IMG/VR virus record: IMGVR_UViG_3300021387_000682
Span: 1-64,000 of that record
Origin: a virus
Lineage: Duplodnaviria > Caudoviricetes
Strand: one strand, 5' to 3'
DNA length: 64,000 nt
Below, piece by piece: positions 39,201 to 46,947 of the stretch. The position numbers were made by a program, and so were the translations under genes. The number at the start of each line of letters is the position of its first letter. Position 1 is the first letter of the stretch. The notes under the pieces were generated by a model. That model ran no database searches. It had not been told where the DNA came from and was given only the letters and a program-made list of their open reading frames with translations.

Positions 39201-42200
39201 GAGCATACCTTCTGCGTCACGAACTGTTCCACCATCCTTCGAAGCGTTACTAATTGTGCCACCATATAGATATCCAATAGATACATCTTCCTTGCCGTCG
39301 GACCTAAGCATAACCTGGAACTCAAGCCCTTTTATTGCATTAAGTGCAGAATCTAAATGTTGCGCCGCAGTTACGGCGTCCATACCATTAAGCGAATCGC
39401 GCTCCTGCTTAAGGGCGTCTAAATATGACTTAAGATCATCTACGTTAACTACATTATTGCCGCGTGTTATCTTGAATACAAACGAATTGTTTTGGTCTGA
39501 AAATGCCTGAACAAATGTATTTGCAGCATCAACTGCTGTGCCACTACCGTTATCAACGTAATATACGTAGTTTGCGAGCAATGGATTCTCAGGTATAGCG
39601 TGCCCATTTGGCATATTCTTCTGGACACTAGCAATATGGGCGTTCAATGTAGACGGAATAAATGCGGATAAGCCGTTTTTCTCTGCGAAGTCAATTATAC
39701 AACTATTGAATGTCTCTATTATCATTTGACCACATCCTCTATTTGCAAACTCACTTACCAAGTAATTATATAAAGCATCAATATTTCGCCTTACCTCATC
39801 ATCTGTATCCATTCCAGGAACAGCATTAAACATAGCAGCAGCAAGCTCATCTGTGTTGCCAGGCGTCTTGTTGTCTCCGATTATGCTATTGTAAAGCCTA
39901 CTACCAACTTCTACAGGATTGAATTTAGGCTCGTCATCTATATCAGGAGTACCATACCCAGAGCCTTCTTCAGCACGTGGTGATTCAACAGTGTTGGTGC
40001 TACCAGTGTTTGCTGGCTGGTTATTACCAGTAATCGTGCCAGTAGTTTCAGCTCCTGGCTCAGGTGTTACGGTTGGCAGTACAGCCTGCTCTACCTTATA
40101 TATATCACCTGATACTACATCTATACTACCAATCTTGCTATGTGCACGTCTAACATCTGTCTTAATGCGCTTATTTCTAAGAGCGTTCGACTTCCTCTTC
40201 TTATCAAACTTATTATAATCAACCCTACTGTCTATTGTGTCGATAAAGCTAGATGCAAGTATATCCTCTGTAGATTCAATTGAATCACCAGTGAGCGATA
40301 AGAGTTTCTGTATTAAGTCGTATGCGGGACTATCTTTATCTATTTCAGATGCAAGCTCCTTTATAGAATCCTTAAACGTCTTAGCGCCGAACATCTTCTT
40401 CGTTAACAGATCACGAACTGACGATACATCTCTATCGGAGAATGATTTATCCTTATTGATAATCCTCATCATCGCTCCATATGAATCATTGATAGTCTTG
40501 CCAAATAATCCATTAAAGATATCTTCATCAGAATCAGGAAGTAACTCTCTTGTGGTTACTATTCCAGCGTTGTGGATATTATTCAGTGTATGCTTATACT
40601 CTTCAACAACCTCTCCATTCTGCTTCAAGACCTCTTCACCTCTTATTGCTATACCATTAAGCTGATTATCTATGAAGCGCAATGCATTCTCTTTTACACC
40701 ACTGTTTGATGTAAGGCTGCTAACAAGATTATCTATAAGACCTTCGATCTTCTTTGGGTCGATACCGCTAATCCCGAGTGTTTTTATTACGTCATCAACA
40801 ATCTGCTTTTTTGCGCTCTTCTTCATAGCAGACTCCAATGTGGAGTTATCGTTGTAGAAGGAGCTAATTGCAGCAGATACAACAGATGATATTATGCTGT
40901 CTTCTGTAATCTTATTGGTAGCAGCAAGCTTGACCTCATCGCTCAAGGAACTGCTATCGATTATACCCTTAAGTACATCTATAGCCGCCTTAACATCACC
41001 ATTAAATTTACCATTGTTTGCAATAGATGTTATTTCAGACCTAGCATCGTTAGAGGCATCATCGTAGAGCTGCCCTAATCTTTGATTAGCAAAGTACATG
41101 CTCAACCACATAGCTTTACTATTCTCGTCGTTATCAATGCCTATTGCTTTAAACACATCACTAAAAGCGATATCAGCAAACTTGGACATCTTCGCAATCT
41201 GATTTGCATACTGCAACTCGCTCATTACCTTTCTAACCTTCCCGCTATTCTCTGAGCCTGAGATTACATATCTATCATCATCAATCTTTTCATATTTGTG
41301 CCTCTTGCCAAACAGTGTACCAAGGCTACTAAATGTCTTGTCATTGAGCTCATCCTCATACTTGTCGAGGATATCATTAAGCCTACCAGACTTCCTAAGC
41401 AGCTGATATACATACGCATTTCTAACCAAAGCCTTATGCTGTGCTGCAAACATCTTGCGAATAGCATTAACTCTATCCTTTTCAGAGCCAGTACGGGTAT
41501 CGCTATCAGAGAATGCATTCTGCATATTTACTCTCATGTTATCGCTAACAGCTGGAGTTGCATTGCCATTCTCATCTACATCGAACTCAATGCCTGTATC
41601 GATCTCCTTACCAGTCTCATCGGCAATTCTAAGTGTAAACGGAGAGTTGTCGTCCTTACGTCTTAATACACCGCCAGATGATGCTATCAGCTGATTATAG
41701 CTCTTACCGTTAATCTTATCAGCATTGTCTAAGATGGCATCCATAATGGACTTATTCGAAGCTCTAACAATAGCTTGTGTCCCAGCGTACTGAGATATGG
41801 CAGAAACCAGTATCTTCTCCTGGTCTGTATATTGACTTGGATCCTTACCCAATAAGCCAAATATACTAAGTATATCACCGCCTACGGTAGACTCCTCTTC
41901 AAACGAGCTCAAATCACCCCTTTTTATTTGATTTAAGACGTTTTCTACTTCTTGGTTGATAGTTACCCTAGAAGCCTTCATTAAGTCCTTAAACTGCTTA
42001 TTTAAGGCCTTCTCGGTCTCCTCATCTATTGCATTGAGACCATTATCCATTCTATACTTATCTAAGAACGCCTGCCTAAGTATCTCCTCAGAGTCTGCTA
42101 TAGCCCGTCTACCAGACTTAAATTTACCATAGCTCCTAACAACCTTATCAAGTCCAGCTGTAGCAATAGACTGCTGTCCCATAGCTGCAGCAAGGTGTAT

Positions 42201-44822
42201 AAACGTATCAAGGTTCTTTTGTGGATCAATAACACTCTTCCAGTCATTCAGGTTCATTCCTGCTTGGAATATGTTATTAGCAACCTCCTCTAAGAACTCA
42301 CCAGGGAGTGAGCTTGTTATGCCAAAGGTGTACTTAGTTAATGTTTTATTTGCACGGCCTAACCATGTTCTGGATATTCTACTGATGCCCTTACCTTTAA
42401 ATATGAATGCACCAATCTTATCTATAAGCTGTCCAGAATGCTCAGAACCATACTCACCAGATGCTTCTATCAATGCTGCATTTTCAAATTCATCTTCAGT
42501 ATCTATATACTCTCCGCTTGCATTCTTCAAGAACTCCTGGTCGTAGCCGAACTCATCTTCACCAGCAAAAGCCTTCTTTGTTAAGATGCCTGTCTTGTAT
42601 CTATTATAAGACTCCTGCTTCATACCGAGTCCAATTGTGTTAGCTTCAATCAATCCAGATGTAGCAATAGCACCAACCTCAGCTGCTGTCGCTCCAGTCC
42701 TAGCTAACCACTTGGCCTTATTGGAAATCTTACCGCCTTTTTGTACGGCATTCATTATAGCTCCGTATGTCCTATTATACTGAGAGCCCTCCATTACGCC
42801 GCCGAGTACATCTATAGTAGCTCCTGCGTATTTACCAAACTTGCCTAGTTTCTGACTAGCACTAAGAAGTTTACCTCCTCTGGATATAAGAGATCCAGCC
42901 TTAACCCAACCTCCAATTGGTATTGCAAACGAGGCCATATCAACGGCTCCATTAGAAAGGTCGTATAATGAACTTGTATACCCCTCTTTCTTCAATACAG
43001 TTGCTATAGCTTCCGCTGATTGCTTTTGATATGCTGCATCTACAGCCATCTTCTCTGCCTTTGTTAAGGCGTTTCCAGCCTTGGCTTTCTTAATTATATC
43101 TCCAACGCCCTCATCTCTAAAATCACCGAACAAAAATGAATCATCAACATATCTGCTACCATGTTCCCATACATTGTTCTTTATTGACCTAAGAGCCTTT
43201 CCTGCAACGGTACCCTCATCAAGCATTATCTTTTGAGCCTCGAGTGTTTTAATTGCATCCTCATTCGCTCTATATGCTGTATTGATAGCTTCAGCCTCTG
43301 TATTATCGACATCACTTAAACCATTTGGTTTTGCAAAACTTCCAGACTTCATCTTTATATCATCAGGAAGTGCGCCGGTTTTCTTATAGAAGTCGTCTCT
43401 AACTTTATCAATTTCTAATGTTTTGTTGCGTAGCTTATCCAGCCTTCCGTCGATCAACTCCTTCTGTCTAACAAGGTTCAAGTGCTTCAATGCTGCATTA
43501 CCGCTCGCTCCTGCATTTACCTTAGCGTACTCCTCTTCTATTGTACCACCAGCGATTCTATTATTTGCCGCATTTTCAACACCAGACATTGTTGCAGCTT
43601 GTCCAAATGATTCATATGGATCTGCACCAACATATTTAAATATTGAGTTATCGTCCGACCTTTCGCTATGGCCAGATCTTAACTGATACTTTAGCGCCGT
43701 AGCAGCGTCAACATTCTTATACTTATCACCAAACTTCTTATCGAATGCTGCGTATGCTGCATTCTCATCCTTTTCTCTCGCTGCAATTGGCATGTAGTCG
43801 TCATACAGCGACATCAATGTAGATTCATTGACGTTACCAGAGATTACACCATCATTCTTTAACGATGTAAGCAGGTCTTCCTTTTGTTTGGTATAGAAAT
43901 CAACTTCCTCAGGAGTCTTAGCATTTGCTATGTTGTCGTTGGCCTTCTTAACCATTATGGCTGGAAGACCAAATGCGTCCAACTCCTCTGTTGAATTTAA
44001 ACTATACTTATCTGCAACAGCCTGCTTATTCCTTGCCGTCTCCCTTACACTATTGTCTAGGTTTCTTGAGAATGCAGAAGCCTCATCAAGTGTGTTGACG
44101 TCAGGTAAGGCCGTAGCATCCGCAGGATTTATTGCGGTCTTTAATGACAATCTAGCCTTCTTCAGAGCGTCTAGCTTCTTTACATCATCTGATACATCGC
44201 TCTTAGCGCTAGGATTCAAGATGTAATTAGATACAGCCTTTGCGCCACCCTTCTCCTTTATGCTAGCCTCAGTCTTCTTTATCTCATCATCTAATATCCA
44301 CGACAATCCATTTATATCCTGCTCAGATAGCTTAGGCCCCATATTGTACGCCTGTGATATAATATCATCTCCACCCTGGCCAACTAAGCCTCTAGTTAAC
44401 CCTTGAACAGTATTAAGGGCTGAATCGTATGCGTATGTACCCTGCTGTTGGTTCTTTAAATCATTAATAGCCGACAAGAGTTGTCTCATCGGCTTTGATT
44501 TAATATATTTATTTAAGTTATCAAATAGAGATGATTCTTTATTTGATCTATTGTCTGCATCTGTTGTATTATCAACAATGCTTATAGATTCATTACCATT
44601 GTTATCCGCATCTCTACTTGCAAGCTTTTCTTTTTTTACAGATTCATTATATCTGGCTACTTCATCCTCTACGAATTTTTCTACATCTCCGCCATCGTGC
44701 GACTTAATAGATTCCTCTCGAAATCTATTATATGCATCCGCTCGTCGCCTGTTTAGCTCGATGCGCATATCCTTGGTTATCCCTTTGGTTATATCACCGT
44801 AATTTAACTCACGTCTTGGCAT
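27291..44822 (-). CDS. crAss-like virion-packaged RNA polymerase (5843 aa, multidomain)
   Basis: YRVPTQ...GSDFDIDKL catalytic motif (DFDID at 30801-30815); zincin HEFVH at 36486-36500; PD-(D/E)XK-like segment near 37250. Confidence 0.92.
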   Translation of the reverse strand: MPRRELNYGDITKGITKDMRIELNRRRADAYNRFREESIKSHDGGDVEKFVEDEVARYNESVKKEKLASRDADNNGNESISIVDNTTDADNRSNKESSLFDNLNKYIKSKPMRQLLSAINDLKNQQQGTYAYDSALNTVQGLTRGLVGQGGDDIISQAYNMGPKLSEQDINGLSWILDDEIKKTEASIKEKGGAKAVSNYILNPSAKSDVSDDVKKLDALKKARLSLKTAINPADATALPDVNTLDEASAFSRNLDNSVRETARNKQAVADKYSLNSTEELDAFGLPAIMVKKANDNIANAKTPEEVDFYTKQKEDLLTSLKNDGVISGNVNESTLMSLYDDYMPIAAREKDENAAYAAFDKKFGDKYKNVDAATALKYQLRSGHSERSDDNSIFKYVGADPYESFGQAATMSGVENAANNRIAGGTIEEEYAKVNAGASGNAALKHLNLVRQKELIDGRLDKLRNKTLEIDKVRDDFYKKTGALPDDIKMKSGSFAKPNGLSDVDNTEAEAINTAYRANEDAIKTLEAQKIMLDEGTVAGKALRSIKNNVWEHGSRYVDDSFLFGDFRDEGVGDIIKKAKAGNALTKAEKMAVDAAYQKQSAEAIATVLKKEGYTSSLYDLSNGAVDMASFAIPIGGWVKAGSLISRGGKLLSASQKLGKFGKYAGATIDVLGGVMEGSQYNRTYGAIMNAVQKGGKISNKAKWLARTGATAAEVGAIATSGLIEANTIGLGMKQESYNRYKTGILTKKAFAGEDEFGYDQEFLKNASGEYIDTEDEFENAALIEASGEYGSEHSGQLIDKIGAFIFKGKGISRISRTWLGRANKTLTKYTFGITSSLPGEFLEEVANNIFQAGMNLNDWKSVIDPQKNLDTFIHLAAAMGQQSIATAGLDKVVRSYGKFKSGRRAIADSEEILRQAFLDKYRMDNGLNAIDEETEKALNKQFKDLMKASRVTINQEVENVLNQIKRGDLSSFEEESTVGGDILSIFGLLGKDPSQYTDQEKILVSAISQYAGTQAIVRASNKSIMDAILDNADKINGKSYNQLIASSGGVLRRKDDNSPFTLRIADETGKEIDTGIEFDVDENGNATPAVSDNMRVNMQNAFSDSDTRTGSEKDRVNAIRKMFAAQHKALVRNAYVYQLLRKSGRLNDILDKYEDELNDKTFSSLGTLFGKRHKYEKIDDDRYVISGSENSGKVRKVMSELQYANQIAKMSKFADIAFSDVFKAIGIDNDENSKAMWLSMYFANQRLGQLYDDASNDARSEITSIANNGKFNGDVKAAIDVLKGIIDSSSLSDEVKLAATNKITEDSIISSVVSAAISSFYNDNSTLESAMKKSAKKQIVDDVIKTLGISGIDPKKIEGLIDNLVSSLTSNSGVKENALRFIDNQLNGIAIRGEEVLKQNGEVVEEYKHTLNNIHNAGIVTTRELLPDSDEDIFNGLFGKTINDSYGAMMRIINKDKSFSDRDVSSVRDLLTKKMFGAKTFKDSIKELASEIDKDSPAYDLIQKLLSLTGDSIESTEDILASSFIDTIDSRVDYNKFDKKRKSNALRNKRIKTDVRRAHSKIGSIDVVSGDIYKVEQAVLPTVTPEPGAETTGTITGNNQPANTGSTNTVESPRAEEGSGYGTPDIDDEPKFNPVEVGSRLYNSIIGDNKTPGNTDELAAAMFNAVPGMDTDDEVRRNIDALYNYLVSEFANRGCGQMIIETFNSCIIDFAEKNGLSAFIPSTLNAHIASVQKNMPNGHAIPENPLLANYVYYVDNGSGTAVDAANTFVQAFSDQNNSFVFKITRGNNVVNVDDLKSYLDALKQERDSLNGMDAVTAAQHLDSALNAIKGLEFQVMLRSDGKEDVSIGYLYGGTISNASKDGGTVRDAEGMLGEVMALLYSRVNLVEQIIGLIERDNGTDTINNIAVLTHVHRSMDVSEKKLQSNDDNSILKHVELSSDNVWYIPVVDGGVSTLAKVNGQGSSSILPSSKVGQSELILKVKDEAGVERNVVFGGSNIGMFNGTLTDDNARDFAKFLLKNAVNDDGEIDGAFIKYLNRFILTKAQPDTDTTGMSLRVVNSESGSTLAVSVSYIEGRNEDGSPKIITHEYNIGKPGDENSVQDNQAKNLLETIYKRFSFNMNKENFIKSNEDPSDLRYAEEATEKSSGRKAVIFIPGVFTAMDTSIDDVNIARAMQINGALISSVQAGVGGKVKLSGNNPNVYVDGVEMSRIKPSSATKSEVRKFGKRTSTGATKTENSTNAQQDTIEALNKMDDRNAILNKDNSVVYYGATSIIAADSESTQLFGGTNNDRYVGTIVDSLLRVYIENRGSDGISSICGIRINSDGTVNAEDIKAAIKSAIKTSSVINSNRSNGNISIVFKKGVNLKSYSELSRQKQADELIGLLLAQSVSRSITGINKKYQGSEENIVENDVVIEKGVTESIIDEYADSIKDEFEHISKQMVDVYNSLGVQDGDKVKVKSNATVDSNTTVLFDGPAIVIENADEQITVTSGSMLPDSAVGKHVVLRGEADVLVIRNDGSVDIFDFKVADTQNTEALKAACSEGGRYCGQQNLYRYGIQDSGVKVGSMNIIAVGAAFDDESGTALFGGGVVTIDVDRVDSVELSYKNDRTGISFAGVIKRTGSSVTSSNESTMTIPTGGMEVTPTDGTPAEGDITSVEEALIEKFGQSRAYFNSSRPLFAGSVSASYIKRDSDGTYISIEDVPRLLASSDPIRAALVSKLIDKVSSNGVKKIRLVSDLGSFGRTIVNGSNDGAVEVLIDASIIENKKAFAETVFHEFVHAALAGMENPSNRRMAVLYKRYREYLAAGATERAIAMRAVVSNFDEFLAEFGNNSSMRDFIRWSRRDKAISAGYPSYIAKIYDAILSFIGGILEFFGFADISTNRVKSIVFSELSDMITIAAPAIGCADGAIKRVYNRANYIEIKSATDDGDIEFIASKKIWGIVDAIKTVKEFELSSLDEDKDIDLTIKALNSTMTAASVLALCKPKSDTVSRICSSITNGLNTLRELREGKISAPTIEQIPDLRVLISIIDAAISVRIPSGSKYRNDRELYNDTLTALANEISAEVGNESTSLYSNKNVKSIATALSVSRTWFDEELESILDEVKLAADIMSSKDAVVVDRLSEAKKDGAFDGIIGDKSLRLNPDASGNRQKISFFGTSLVSKIEIDGKTVYDERTADTTYFVRNAINASKNELSNDDISGLFRHVNTAAEVQSIVSSIFYRYASLSVSIAGVNDVTLSPRIIKLAIKAKIDNLAKSILSDPNNAKDSDIKTYETLRDLYDNISVGEGADSGAISNIVSDAIKNVNSIVNIRNEGDIESADNLQDIIQYKENPVSPIETMSKRAGFLLSLIPKLKINKDESISNVRSKLTGFDEFYQRRDVYQTLLAVTKGASTLGEFVNAIAIAANKKSKDATIDGKRYNLGIVKSFYEILAKSDVGSKFNLRADTGFNAGPGFRTFDLANIFVFLNRDVVSTVSIEITNGGYELIDIKNSGDYARVELNAASSRAGGNILSALGISNYDPTDDKQYDAILNHLSGEKGLRETCLAVKRGSQINKEKLYNIITQLGFFPSQEELDTLMEDVRSTAANLVEVIDYVVGTLNDDVKLAEEDDSGNVAYRFTSSMYQYRGRLHRKSYRSVWNFVRSYTQNRVAASDFTTRNSKGEIVNLNKQSSYIESMLRKIALAKLAAGVGNNSIYASEAEKISEACELNGLVRNDIYTYSGDMSVCQINTMRLAKSGASTRPSDYRNRSKIDYLYERCALLLNGHILMPTMASNGFGETLYSKTRALMVTGSEDGNSRDALVTGDGTEVKRTSKLLKEIEARAVVEANNALRVIEDLMSIAGSNSSETSAKYNAMQDKTVFKKNFHLKKTPSKVNGEWSLEVGAGVTMPRFGKIFYEVKVNGEIKKRCLDINKLIQDRIKDHGSDMKAALTEAKSIIEIARAIYERDMSQLLEYKTEDGKEKVVIKDSIKSIAGGDGNPIGDAILFARETLFDHDKYGNRVGEQKGPTKIFNGVVDKLLRVLADNTIDTLKRDGLFDDSGYAIFDLPGIPTQNGAYNLNFDVKGTDIIRYFMAIEGLNLLSLCDFENFYGVPLSLFKDETDQTKRYQSLMSTGSEGGVFDGYEKVNPEDPDTDDTIMSETTLSYLSMKDVVVSEDTESNGVFVGGAGFKMESVFRDLAISITDRSKFNSDDDYNKAIDDFVLLRMNALEAPKDEDGIIKSSDGACFITLDAYKKYLIKEGRYRLSDIEEYFERLSNGEELSRPELIAIHQRCILSPMKLIYCGQSIDETKATEAGTSSTTKTGTVTARVMKMAVFPLLPGMCQPGSIGARLNEIAKRTGADLIGDNEIEKFGSSEVHEIFKYNKSDGSIGELAEAKNKKMVPSKIKFQMLRRQLETNPHEHAERKLGTQLMAITMGNLVDGNNKEITFYGETVSGEKICSDIMSNMKALEMNEYCRLLSEWSIADKNGELHISVAKLRSLIESSASTNNLGVDVFAAARKIGTEDAVPVSVIMSSSLFSARIMAIVKQNVQSIQTQGGAFIQVPQTLFRTIDGSGRPRLKLSNEHNAMDCYVSINLFADLLSDVDWSKWRIKHGKDGGNPGTYSVAEAREYLTENKVIGANAEPLGVGYRVPTQSKASISALRVMDIVGAECGDIIVLPDGYVNITGSDFDIDKLYVAIKNKFISVNNEVISAEEKLDEIKRKIDAYKDVKDITLKALVNKTLELQSSVLSSNMIRSYIGIMTSPEQWAETHTTIDSGSTIFKDEDVGLIKRLHTRNTGIDVKNIMVNGVENSSTSVYRNSLMYQINKKMENSGATDGIAPFALASVNHVYAQIAGLDLSARGKAILGLTGKDRTLSGVKSRDDVYITDWLSYFINAHVDAVKDPYILDFNINETTWSAAAVLLRAGFGRQALFLMSQDSIRVLSAAKSLGTSASYSNYKERAKTRESNIISRYVSKMRDTINISFTKATVDDGAINPAIMGSVDASKIISPDKKTDSSDDRNKYMFLSDGSINPSYEFGDEATLLFGDTSPINVRVGDKLKYQNNQIALLEAMAEMTATGANIVEYTIYKPVHDAKGNLTGYNEENVKLNKATYAACQLILMRQMVEVDKIGSELDTVVKSCQVEQGKTGINAYGFEKYLSTIADAIKPKEDGMLDTQSVRRMYSNNHFLDKILTVDSINKILLNGVSVSTMDNATTLYGGIMEATGNKYSTDRRLSAMVSSAIENESLISALNIDNEYVGKALFGDGKDLSLSAGSLWNAFCSAVTTGAVYDDVFDQSTLDSLQAMKGCNVWTPWGVIGTVIKTDVFNENNSIYIEKLKLVISRLYNDNMKIKLMIKGNNTFINTRDLVKKIVVAALYTGGLVRSKSNVFTLLMPHAASVLVELSESDNGTQVEKKQANIVDSNSFISNKNVYEFILKYGNLNGLIHDYTFENDGSFDEFEVPDVFAYKKPNAKNKIVKTSSGMPVIFMSSNYELYNKTFVRVTRGGISKIYMNIARIPGLVGENIGEGDKTGLQFPSVKYSTSGEGEESLSIGPKPKTVKQACIFVEAPMMSFVNNGLNIVNSNGIFGYDDNFNNILTFGGEFIPSGSSTNLCMTYINGVVKNLIDKYERLIDGDGKNKNGIDTDTKNTMKVIIDQFKSGKIMLGSMSKAKGYNTYVKKNKGGKEVEETNMIDINDVIFESTVVYTQDPDNTIEGVDTPAILTSEFLTNVVSEAVSFMNNVISTFSSVDTDDLLVRSMIDKKRNSIVKNIDKITTGINEDVVSSTLAILDGIELSDDDPYKDMKSDFIESLKSAITSAVERSDESTIKVGSSLSKDKQPGVNPKAVDNGEVNEAIENCL

Positions 44823-44833
44823 AATTATAAAAT

Positions 44834-46945
44834 TTAATCGAGGTCATACATTGTGTATAACTGCTCTGGTTTGTTTGCGCTAGATTTAATATCGCTAGAT
44901 GCATTCGTGTCAATGTATCTTGTAACGGTAGAAGATGTAGGTATTGACGCACCAACCGTATATATCATTTTAGAACCATTATCTGTCTTGACGGCGCGTC
45001 CCTTGCTGTTTATTATTTCGCTAAATGACTTCATAATATCGCTATTTTTTCTACTCTTCTTAACGACGTCCCTAATTGCATCAATTGCGACTTTTTCTGA
45101 TTCCGACTCTGGTTGTTTTTTAGCGAGATCCTTTATCGCAGTAACGAAATCATCTTCAGTAAAATCAATGCTAACACCAAGTGTGGTTGGTGAGTAGTTG
45201 TCTATAGTATTTAAGACGTAGCTACCTCTAGGTTTAACGCTGCTTGGAGCTACGGAGTGTGCGATTCTATTATATACATAGAAGCTAACAATTTCATTAG
45301 CATTTTTAAATACACCACTTCCGGCCTCAAGCCTAGCTGTTCCACTCTCCTTATCTATGACAACTGCGGTTGGATAGATGTTGTTAGATGCGTTATCATT
45401 AGTTGTTGCCTTGTCAATAAACATTACATTCTCTGGTATAAATACAAGATTCTCATCAACTCTAGTTGTGGTGCTATTCTTTGCGGACTTAGTGATTCTA
45501 CGTTCCGTATCGCCATGTGATTGTGTGTTCTTACTTTCGGTTATAGTCAATCCAGAGTTACTGTATGCGCTAGCATCTATATAATCCGAACCGATTTCCT
45601 TCCTGAAGTTTACTCTGTATACGTCGCCTCCACTATTTCTATTGTTATATGCGTTTGATTCACTAGTATTCCCGGAAACAAGTAACATTGCCTTAACCTC
45701 CTGTGGAACATCTGGGTTGACCCATAATTTGTAAGCTTCACTACCCTCTGCATTTTTTACATACGTAGGCAATGTGATCTTACCGGTCTTTTCGTTGTAT
45801 AAGCCATATGTCATTCCGCTTTCGTCTCTTGTGTCAATATCAGACAAGAGTGATATGTCGTTATGATATGAAAACCTTCCAAGACTATCGTCCCACTCTG
45901 ATCTAGAGCGCCTAACCCTGGCGTTTACAAATTGAGTAAATGTGATATCATCCATAAGCGTAGGATCTTTTTTACCACTACCCTTCGATCCATCTTTTGG
46001 TAATTGTTTATCTGTCCTTCCAAATGTCCTATTGTATCCCATTCTATATATATACTCCCTAGCAAGAGCGTCGATACCCTTACCAAACGAAATAGGGTTT
46101 TCTTCATCTGCAACAAACCCACTTCCCTTGGCTTTTGGCTTAAACATATACTGTGAGTAATTGCCTGTTCCAGTAAAGTCGTCTTTTAGTATCGCTGTTC
46201 CCTTGGCAGTGGTTTTAATTGTGCCATCGTCATTTAAAACAACATGATCCTTTAGCAGATCATAATACTGCGATTTACTTCCGTTCCTGCCGAGGTCATT
46301 AAGCATTAATACAGACTTAAATCTAGCGCCAGTCATTATGTCGCTATCTTCAGAAATCATGGCAACATCCTCTGCCCAGTGGTTTGGGGAATACGTTTCA
46401 GTTGATGTTATTCCGTTATCAACGCGATCAGACTTTGATTTATCTACATGATCCGCAATCGCTGAGTCGACTGTCTCTAGGTAATGGAATGGGTTAGCTT
46501 CATTGCTCCTCATTACTCCATCATTTGGATCATAAGACCCATTACTCTCATCTATAGCCTGGACTTGCGGTTGGGTTAAATGCAAATTCGTTACAGATTT
46601 TCTTCTTTCGTCAGCCTGTTTTTGAGCTCCCTTCTGATATGCAAGTACAGGATTCATATTCTTGTTTAGATCCCTGCTAAAGTCACCTGGAGCCATATTG
46701 GTTCCCAATGAAGAGATTCTTTCTATCTCAGACTTTATGTAATTATTTGCCTCGGATGTAAAGTCATCATTTACATCTGTGACATACATCTCATTGAGGT
46801 TCTTTAATTTCTCAGCCTTAGCGTCTGCATTATCCTTTGCATCCTGTCTAGCTCTATTAGCAAAGTCATTCAATGCTTTCCAGTCTATAGGTTCGTACGT
46901 GGACACGAAGTCCATGTCGTTCCATTGTTCAAATAAATTAACCAT
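44834..46945 (-). CDS. putative virion cargo/ejection protein (703 aa)
   Basis: Lies between the first cargo gene and the RNAP gene, as in crAss-like gene order; N-terminal YEPIDW..L motif and coiled coil. Confidence 0.65.
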   Translation of the reverse strand: MVNLFEQWNDMDFVSTYEPIDWKALNDFANRARQDAKDNADAKAEKLKNLNEMYVTDVNDDFTSEANNYIKSEIERISSLGTNMAPGDFSRDLNKNMNPVLAYQKGAQKQADERRKSVTNLHLTQPQVQAIDESNGSYDPNDGVMRSNEANPFHYLETVDSAIADHVDKSKSDRVDNGITSTETYSPNHWAEDVAMISEDSDIMTGARFKSVLMLNDLGRNGSKSQYYDLLKDHVVLNDDGTIKTTAKGTAILKDDFTGTGNYSQYMFKPKAKGSGFVADEENPISFGKGIDALAREYIYRMGYNRTFGRTDKQLPKDGSKGSGKKDPTLMDDITFTQFVNARVRRSRSEWDDSLGRFSYHNDISLLSDIDTRDESGMTYGLYNEKTGKITLPTYVKNAEGSEAYKLWVNPDVPQEVKAMLLVSGNTSESNAYNNRNSGGDVYRVNFRKEIGSDYIDASAYSNSGLTITESKNTQSHGDTERRITKSAKNSTTTRVDENLVFIPENVMFIDKATTNDNASNNIYPTAVVIDKESGTARLEAGSGVFKNANEIVSFYVYNRIAHSVAPSSVKPRGSYVLNTIDNYSPTTLGVSIDFTEDDFVTAIKDLAKKQPESESEKVAIDAIRDVVKKSRKNSDIMKSFSEIINSKGRAVKTDNGSKMIYTVGASIPTSSTVTRYIDTNASSDIKSSANKPEQLYTMYDLD

Positions 46946-46947
46946 AG

